Virus record (IMG/VR): IMGVR_UViG_3300035516_000278
DNA length: 64,000 nucleotides
Reading direction: 5' to 3' (one strand)
Source: an uncultured virus (IMG/VR IMGVR_UViG_3300035516_000278)
Taxonomy: Duplodnaviria; Heunggongvirae; Uroviricota; Caudoviricetes
Shown here piece by piece: positions 57,401 through 64,000 of this stretch. The first letter of the stretch is position 1, and the number at the start of each line of letters is the position of its first letter. The notes below the pieces were generated by a model. It worked only from the letters and a program-made list of their open reading frames with translations. It did no database searches and was not told the origin of the DNA. A program made the translations under genes and the position numbers.

Positions 57401-59744
57401 GGATTTAGATGTGGTGATAAATATTTTTCTTATGAATTTCAGCCCACATATTCAATAGCCAGAAATGAGCAAATAAAGAATCAAAAGGTTTATCAATATT
57501 CTTTAGATGGACAGTTTATAAAGGAATATGATTCTTATTTAGTTGCTCAAAGAGAATTGGGAAAACATGGTTTAGGAACTGCTATTAAACTTGGAAGACT
57601 ATTCGCTGATTTTCAGTGGAAATTAGAAAAGTTTGATTCAATAGCACCTGTAAAAAGTATACATAATAAAGCAAGAGCAGTAGGACAGTATGATTTAGAT
57701 GGAAATTTAATTAAAACATATCGTACTGTTACAGATTGTGGAAAAGATTTTCCAGGAAGTTTACAAGTTTTGCGAGGCAAATATAAAACTTCTGGAGGAT
57801 TCGTATTTAAATATATAGAATAAGAAAAGATATAGTCTAATCCTTAAGAAATTAAGGTAATTTTTAATCGGACAATGGATACTGGTCGTCCGATTTACAT
57901 TTCCGATGGATTTATTCCTCAGGTCGAAAGATTTGCATCCAAGTTTGCTGCTTCTCGCATTGATGTAGAGACATTCAACACAATCATCTCTACTATGTGT
58001 GACAAGGCAGAGAAGGCCACTGGTAATAAGTTTGTATTTATTGTAAACGACCGTGCTTGGCATCTCGTACAGCAGTCACTTGGTGGCTATCTCGCTAACT
58101 TTAAGGTTGATGCTACCTACCTCTGGTCTAAGTAGGCTAACGGTTACGTTAAGGTAGGTGCAACTTTCGACACTTATGAGTATGGTGGCAACTAGATTTC
58201 ATTCAAGGTTGATAGAGCACTTACTCGTGAGTTCGGTAGTGAGAAAGCCTACATGATTTGTGTCGATTTGACCGCAGATGCAGCTTCTAATACTCCTGCA
58301 GTAGCATCCTTCGCTTTGAAGGGCAAAGATTTCATCTACAACAAGATTCTTGGTGTTGGTGGTCTTGATGGTATGTCCTCTGGAATTGTTTCTTCGCCTG
58401 TAGCAGGCTCCAAACTCTCAATCCATGGATTAATTCTTCGCATAGTCCATGTAAAACTTTTTAAATTGCTGGAAAGCCGTGTAGGTAATCAGCAGCCAAG
58501 CCGTAAAATAAGAGCCTGATAAGGACAGTTTTACGGAAGGTTCAACGACTAGTGCTAATGCACGTAAATTAATTTTGAAAAAGAAAGTGACCTAACGTAT
58601 GAAATACATTGTATATCAAGTTACAAATAAAGAAAATGGAAAACTATATATAGGAGTCCATAAAACTGAAAATCCCGATGTGTTTGACGGGTATATTGGA
58701 AATGGCATTTGTGTTGGATATTCTTTAGAAAATCCTAAAACAGCATATCAACATGCTTTAAAAAAATATGGCTATAAAGCTTTTGTAAGAACTACATTAA
58801 AGGTCTTTGATAAGCTTGAAGATGCTTTAAGTTATGAAGCATTTTTAGTTACACCAGAATTTGTAAAGCAAGACAATAATTATAATACAGCTGTTGGTGG
58901 AGGTTATGCAATTATATATAAAACAATATATCAATTTAATAACAGAAAAGAACTAGTAAGAACCTGGGAAGGAAATCCTTCTGTAGCAGAGTTCTATGGA
59001 ATATCAAAACAAGTTGTTAATTATGCCATTTTACATAAAAAAATAATTCTTGATTCTTATTTTAGTTATGATGAATCTCCAATATTTGAAGAATTTACAA
59101 CTTATAGAAATGAGTTATTTGAATTTTCTGATACTGGTGATTTATTAAATACTTATAAAAGTACAAGAGATGCAGCAGAAAAGACTGGTTATAATTTAAA
59201 AAGCATTGAAGCTGCTGCAACAGAAAAGAAAATTTATAAAAATCATTATTGGACTAGAAATCCTGATGATATTTATAATATAATTAAAATCAACCATTTA
59301 TATAAACTAACTTACAAGCCTGTAATTCTTTATAATGATAAGAAAGAGGTTATTAAAGAATATAGGAACATGAGAGAAGCTGCTGCTGAGTTAAATCTTA
59401 GTTATGATACTATTAAGCAAGGAGCTAGACTTGGAAGGTTAGTAAATGGAATGTATTATTTCTCTTATACTAATGTAGTTACTAAAGCTACTAAAATAGG
59501 ACAATATGAAAATGGAGAACTTGTTAAAGTTTGGGATACGGTAGCACAATGTGCTAAAGTTCATCCTAAGTGTAGAGAAGTTCTAAAAGGACAGAGAAAT
59601 CAAACACATGGATATACATTTAAGTATTTAGAAGAAGATTAGGTTAATGATATAGTCTAATCCTATATGAAAATATAGGTATCAAATGATGCAGGAATTG
59701 CAGTGTTTAATCCCTATAGATCCTTCATTCTCAGAGAAATTTGA
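54414..59744 (+). CDS. major capsid protein, 474 aa; exons 54414-54971, 56264-56521, 57878-58430, 59689-59744 (two TAG in exon 3)
   Basis: The exons total 1425 nt in one frame. Junctions read YQS|NIEKHRG, ICDP|DTGRP and IHG(Y)AGIAVFNPYRSF. Codon usage is strongly biased, as for a highly expressed gene, and a terminator follows. Confidence 0.88.
54972..56263 (+). mobile_element. group I intron 1 in MCP
   Basis: U at the exon end and terminal G; IGS ATATTGCTC pairs with both exons; AATTGCTGGAA, AATCAGCAGC, TTCAACGACTA and GATATAGTCT core elements. Confidence 0.92.
55162..56235 (+). CDS. intron-encoded GIY-YIG homing endonuclease with NUMOD1-like repeats (TAG at codon 7)
   Basis: MKYIIYQTLNTINNKIYVGVHKT with read-through; repeated YQxxxDG units. 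Confidence 0.88.
56522..57877 (+). mobile_element. group I intron 2 in MCP
   Basis: IGS CCAGTATTGGGGTCA pairs with TGACCCT and GATACTGG; same core elements as intron 1; terminal G. Confidence 0.92.
56753..57823 (+). CDS. intron-encoded GIY-YIG homing endonuclease
   Basis: MIYIVYCTTNILNKKIYIGVHK...YIGCG and QYDLNG repeats. Confidence 0.88.
   Translation: MIYIVYCTTNILNKKIYIGVHKCESNKFDGYIGCGVYVNKPSTYNKPKTTFQFAVQKYGPSNFKRIVIKEYDNLEDAYNLEAELVNKEFLQRKDVYNEILGGNVGDTTTAVPCSQYDLNGKYLRSFDSQQDAARYVGRGFSTIKHAIKNHVKSADSYWALEKVDTLDLTNYKTTDNRVPVFQYSINGEYDCCYESVADAARVNNEATSNISRSCKLGFRCGDKYFSYEFQPTYSIARNEQIKNQKVYQYSLDGQFIKEYDSYLVAQRELGKHGLGTAIKLGRLFADFQWKLEKFDSIAPVKSIHNKARAVGQYDLDGNLIKTYRTVTDCGKDFPGSLQVLRGKYKTSGGFVFKYIE
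58431..59688 (+). mobile_element. group I intron 3 in MCP
   Basis: IGS GCATAGTCCATG pairs with CATGGAT and ATGC; same core elements; terminal G; splits a Tyr codon. Confidence 0.92.
58599..59660 (+). CDS. intron-encoded GIY-YIG homing endonuclease (ends at TAG 59642, or at TAA 59660 with read-through)
   Basis: MKYIVYQVTNKENGKLYIGVHKT and NUMOD1-like repeats. Confidence 0.88.
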
Positions 59745-59766
59745 TGAATTAAGGCTTACAGATAAT

Positions 59767-59799
59767 GCACAGGAGGCTTTCCCCTCCTGTGCTTACTTT
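59767..59799 (+). terminator. terminator after MCP
   Basis: GCACAGGAGG / CCTCCTGTGC stem followed by TTACTTT. Confidence 0.75.
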
Positions 59800-59825
59800 C
59801 AATATAAAATGTAAAATGAATTAAT

Positions 59826-60653
59826 ATGACTACAGAGGAACAGTTGCAATCAAAGACAATTATTTTAAGAAGTGTCTTTGGCAAAGTTGGTCAGAAATAT
59901 TATATCAATCCTTGCAAGGATCCTAAAACTAATCGTTTTCCCGAATGTGTTAAACGTGTAAATTCTCAGGGGGATATGATACTTACTGACGCTGAAAGAA
60001 ATAGCGGTAAATATTTTGTAAAAGAATCAGAAACATTTATTGTTACTGATGGTACAACTTATGATTTATCAAATGAAGTTGATAGAGCACAGTGGGAAGC
60101 AATTCGCTTCTGCCCATTTATTGCTATGAGTAGAGATGAACGAGATAGTTCAGGTAATCTTAAAATTGATGGCAATGCTAAGCGTTATGGCGTTGCCGAA
60201 CTTTATGTAGAGATTCCTGGTGAAGAATCTAACAAGCGTGTATCTAAGAGAGAAATGGTACATAGAGCTGAATCTTATATCTTTGATGATCCGAAGGGTG
60301 CTGATGGTCGTCGTATTGCTGCTAAGTTACTTGGCCGTATTATGAACAATGCTCCTGATGCAGATGTTAAGGAATGGCTTCTTAACATTGCCTCTAAAGA
60401 GCCTCAGAAGATTATTGAAGTTTATACTGGTTCTGATACTGCTCTCAGAATTTTGTTTATTGATGCTCGACAGAAGAATGTAATTTATCAGAAGAATAAG
60501 TTATTCTTATATGCTGATAATATTGTTCTCGGTGCAACTGACGATGCAGTCATTACTTGGATGAAAACTTCCAAAAATTCAAAAGTCCTTGAACTTATTA
60601 AAAAGGATACATATCCTGAGTTATTTGGCATTAAGGACGAAGATAAAGAATAA
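59826..60653 (+). CDS. conserved protein downstream of MCP
   Basis: Intact 275-aa ORF with no TAG, in the crAss-like capsid module. Confidence 0.8.
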   Translation: MTTEEQLQSKTIILRSVFGKVGQKYYINPCKDPKTNRFPECVKRVNSQGDMILTDAERNSGKYFVKESETFIVTDGTTYDLSNEVDRAQWEAIRFCPFIAMSRDERDSSGNLKIDGNAKRYGVAELYVEIPGEESNKRVSKREMVHRAESYIFDDPKGADGRRIAAKLLGRIMNNAPDADVKEWLLNIASKEPQKIIEVYTGSDTALRILFIDARQKNVIYQKNKLFLYADNIVLGATDDAVITWMKTSKNSKVLELIKKDTYPELFGIKDEDKE

Positions 60654-60677
60654 TAGAATTTTTAAAACTATACAACT

Positions 60678-61997
60678 ATCACAGCTCGATAGGTTTATGA
60701 GGGTGTTCTGGTTGAATTAAATAAGGACCAAGCCCCCAGTTTGATTTTAGAGGAGTTTAATTACCTTTTCAATAAAGCTATTAACTAGTATATAAACAAG
60801 AGTTATAATGTATATGATGTTAATTAGCAGTATACTGATAATCTGAGGGTGTTAAAAGCAACTGCCGTTCTTACTCCTAAATTATCCGATCTTTATGGAG
60901 ATACACATAAAGGAGTAAATGCAAGAAATTCATTATATAATGCAACCTATGAAGTATTGCTTCCTCCGGATTATCTACACATTTTAAATTGTATTTGTAA
61001 CTTTGAAGTTAAGAAACAATTTAAATGCTATGATAAGGATACATATGTATAGTTTCCAGCCACACGATTAACTGCGGATGCTTGGTCTTAGGTTATGTAG
61101 AATTTCTATATGAAACCTTCATACAAGCGTCCTTATTATTACTTACATAATACAAACACTTATTCTGAGAATGTTCAATCTCCTAGAATATCCACTAATC
61201 CTTATGAATATGATGAGGAGTTTGGAACATATAGAGGAACTGATGTTGGTTTAAAAACCACATTAACTGCTTTGTTTGAACAATATAAGAGTTTGAATGC
61301 GGATAAATTTACATTTGATCTTGTTACTACTAGTCAAGGTATAAAAACTTGGGTAGCAACTGATAAGAATAATGCAACTGAGTATTTTGTAATTTATGAT
61401 GCTTCAAACAAAAGATTTATTCTTGCAGAAAGTGCTCAAGTTGAAATTTCTATAACAAACGGAGTTGTAAATGTTTATACTCCACTAGAGAGTGTTTATG
61501 TAGGTGATACTACATTATATATAAATACTACAGGAGCTACACTTGGAGATTTAAATCAACAATATAATCTTGTAAGTGAAGATTTTCTTGATAACTATGG
61601 TAATGCTGTAGTTTAGACTGATGCTCCTAGAGAAATTCAACTTGGAAATGGTGAGTATTTAAGTACTGTAGAAAAGACTGCAGGCTATCGTTATGGTAAT
61701 TTATCCAATGTACGCTGCGAAATCCGTTATGGAAAAGACAACAGTGTCTTTGCCCTTACTGATGTGTACATTGACTATATAAAAGCTCCTCAATTTATAA
61801 GACTTACACAGGAACAATTAGATTTGACAGAGGACACATCATAGATGATGGAATTTCCTGATTATGTATGTCAAGAGATAATAAATGAGTTGGTACACTT
61901 AGTTATGGAGAATGCTTCTGATCAGCGTCTTCAAACACATCCCGTAGTTACTTAGTCTATTGCTAATCCAGCTCAACAGTAGACGCAATCAACCTAA
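60678..61997 (+). CDS. putative tail ring / head-tail protein, 439 aa (TAG=Gln; probable ATC start)
   Basis: Frame is open from TAA 60663 to TAA 61997 with read-through; ELNKDQAPSL...FNYLFNKAINQY and EFPDYVCQEIINELV segments. Confidence 0.72.
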
Positions 61998-62008
61998 TAA
62001 TTTAAATT

Positions 62009-62995
62009 ATGTATCAGTACACTAGCACAACTATTGTTAATTCCGCTGATGTAATTTTCAGTAAGAAAGTAAGTGATGAGAAGTCACTTTTCCGTGTTAA
62101 ATTTGGTCCCGAACTTATTGTTGAAGACGATAAGTCTAAAATTACTGCTGTTTACAAGAACTCTTATTCTGAAGGTAAACCCGCTACTGCAGTTATTGAT
62201 CTTGGTAATGAAGCAATTAATACTGACGGTACAGGTATTTATCGTGTGGCTATTTACGTTCGTCTTTCTCCTCATAGCAATGAGGCTAACTACTCTAATG
62301 TATGGGTATTTAAAGGCAAGCCTGTTTATATTGAGTTTGATGTAAATAAGGCTAAGGAAGGAAAACTTGCTGAGTATGCTGCTCGTATTGCTAAAAAGTT
62401 CCAGCTTGCTACTTATGGCAACGATATTCTTGAGATTACTGGCGAAGGTAATACACTTACCATTAAGGGTAAAGATCAGTATCAGCAATTCTTGACACAG
62501 GATAGTCTTCCTGGCATTAATGTTCAGAAGCTTTCTGAAGCTAAATATGCTACTCCTGAGCGTTTTGAAGACGTAATTGATTGGGAGTATGACGAGAATG
62601 CAAAGAAATATACTAACGAACTTGTTACTACTTTTGAGCAGGGAGTTGAAGGCTTTGGTGATTACGATCACATGCTTCGCTCTTATGTATATCCCACTGC
62701 TCAGAATACTCGCTGGAATGGTATCCATGAGGATGAGCGTCCTCTTGTAAATGGCAAGTACACTCAGTACACTGTTTACTTCCAGGCAGAACGTGGTATT
62801 ATGGGTCTTGGTGCAGTTGGTATGCTTGCTAATTCTAAGACTACTCATGTATTCATGGTTGAGGAAGGTGCAACTGCTAAGTTCGAGGAAGAGCTTGCTA
62901 AAGTTCTCAACGGTGTAACAATCGAGGATGTTACTCCTGGTCAGGCTGAAGCTGCTAGCACTCCTGCAACTGCAAGCGTAGATGCTGAGGATTGA
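62009..62995 (+). CDS. abundant structural protein candidate
   Basis: Intact 328-aa ORF with MCP-like codon bias and no TAG, followed by a terminator. Confidence 0.8.
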   Translation: MYQYTSTTIVNSADVIFSKKVSDEKSLFRVKFGPELIVEDDKSKITAVYKNSYSEGKPATAVIDLGNEAINTDGTGIYRVAIYVRLSPHSNEANYSNVWVFKGKPVYIEFDVNKAKEGKLAEYAARIAKKFQLATYGNDILEITGEGNTLTIKGKDQYQQFLTQDSLPGINVQKLSEAKYATPERFEDVIDWEYDENAKKYTNELVTTFEQGVEGFGDYDHMLRSYVYPTAQNTRWNGIHEDERPLVNGKYTQYTVYFQAERGIMGLGAVGMLANSKTTHVFMVEEGATAKFEEELAKVLNGVTIEDVTPGQAEAASTPATASVDAED

Positions 62996-63008
62996 TAATC
63001 ATTAATTG

Positions 63009-63040
63009 AGGCGGTGGCAATTAAGCCTCCGCCTTTATTT
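63009..63040 (+). terminator. intrinsic terminator
   Basis: AGGCGGTGGC / GCCTCCGCCT stem followed by a T-rich tail. Confidence 0.7.
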
Positions 63041-63047
63041 GTTTTAT

Positions 63048-63719
63048 ATGTACAGTAAACTAGCTTCAGCAATATATAACCATTTAGTAACTGGTTTACG
63101 TGGTTATCATTAGAATCCTACAATAAGCATTGAACAAATTGAAGATGAAATTGTAGAAACTAGATTATAGATTATTAAAGAATATCTAGCTAAGAACTTA
63201 CTTCCTAGAGAAGAGTTATTAACTACAATAAATTGTGTTACTGTAGACTGTTAGGATTTAGAAAGATGCTGCAGTGTAAAATCTGAAAATGGAACTCCTG
63301 TAGCTCATTTTGAAATCCCTTAGCTAGTACACGATTTCGGTACAGGATCTATTGCTTATGTAGGTTCTCCCGACAGACAAAATCCATTCATTGTTTATAT
63401 AAATTCAAACTTTAAGAATACTCTATAGAAATATAGAAGAAGAGGCAAGGATAAACCTTACGTAATGATTGATCCAGCACCTAATGCTGACGGATTTTGT
63501 GATTGTTATATTTTCAATGCTCCATATATAAAGAAAGTGTCTGTAGTAGGCTTATTTAAAGATTTAAGATAGTTGGAGGAATTAACTTGTTGTGTTGATT
63601 CTTCTGAAATTTCTACAGGACTTGATGCAGAAATTAAAGATCGAATGATTAAGAAATTAATGTCTTATTATAGAGCTTATCCTACATAGACTAAACCTAA
63701 TACACAAGAATATACCTAA
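63048..63719 (+). CDS. putative tail ring protein, 223 aa (TAG=Gln)
   Basis: MYSKLASAIYNHLVTGLRGYHQNPTISIEQIEDEIVETRLQIIKEY; absent from the track because of TAGs; TAATG overlap with the next gene. Confidence 0.7.
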
Positions 63720-64000
63720 TGCAAGATTTTCACGCACCAATGTTTCAGGCCAATCTTTTATATGGTCTTAATTTAGATGAAGATACTTATGAAGAACTTG
63801 CATTAAATGCTTGGGGATTAATAGGTAATAAACACTATAGATTGTACAAAATAAGTGCAATTATAGATAAAGATACACTATCAGTTGAATTACCTTGTAA
63901 TGCTTCTACAGTTGAAGCTGTAACAGCTGATGGTGAAGATTGGAGTTATACTTCCAATATTCATGATCATGGTGATATATATACTAAATTTACAGAAGAA
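63719..64000 (+). CDS. tail-region protein, truncated by the window end
   Basis: MQDFHAPMFQANLLYGLNLDEDTYEELALNAWGLIGNK, open to the window end. Confidence 0.7.
   Translation, partial: MQDFHAPMFQANLLYGLNLDEDTYEELALNAWGLIGNKHYRLYKISAIIDKDTLSVELPCNASTVEAVTADGEDWSYTSNIHDHGDIYTKFTEE

Noticed and set aside
62084..62848. 254-aa minus-strand ORF
   Set aside because: Antisense shadow of the codon-biased 62009..62995 gene.
10557..64000. Fragmented ORFs read as pseudogenes or assembly errors
   Set aside because: The breaks are in-frame TAG with no frameshifts apart from the introns, and read-through restores complete motif sets and start/stop overlaps.
1..64000. CRISPR array, rRNA, integrase or inteins
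   Set aside because: I saw no regularly spaced repeats, rRNA-like sequence or recombinase motifs. The spliced TerL, portal and MCP show no obvious intein-sized insertions.

Overview
This window is part of an AT-rich crAss-like (Crassvirales-type) phage genome, probably infecting a Bacteroidota host. Positions 1-8.5 kb form a leftward arm of tRNAs (Arg-UCU, Gln-UUG, an interrupted Leu), a hammerhead ribozyme and many small genes that read intact in the standard code. From about 10.3 kb to the end, the fragmented ORF track is explained by reassignment of TAG to glutamine. Reading through TAG rebuilds tightly abutting full-length genes: cargo-like and lytic genes, TerL, portal, tail fibres, two giant virion-type proteins, an amidase endolysin, the major capsid protein (MCP) and tail ring proteins. 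Four complete group I introns interrupt protein genes: one in terL and three in the MCP gene, the latter each carrying a GIY-YIG endonuclease. The most striking feature sits at the boundary between the two coding regimes. It is a Gln-like amber suppressor tRNA whose CUA anticodon exists only after a 985-nt HNH-carrying group I intron is spliced out, so splicing may gate the code switch. Gene boundaries were read by eye; long read-through ORFs were checked by frame arithmetic rather than codon by codon, and product names come from motif recognition, not database searches.
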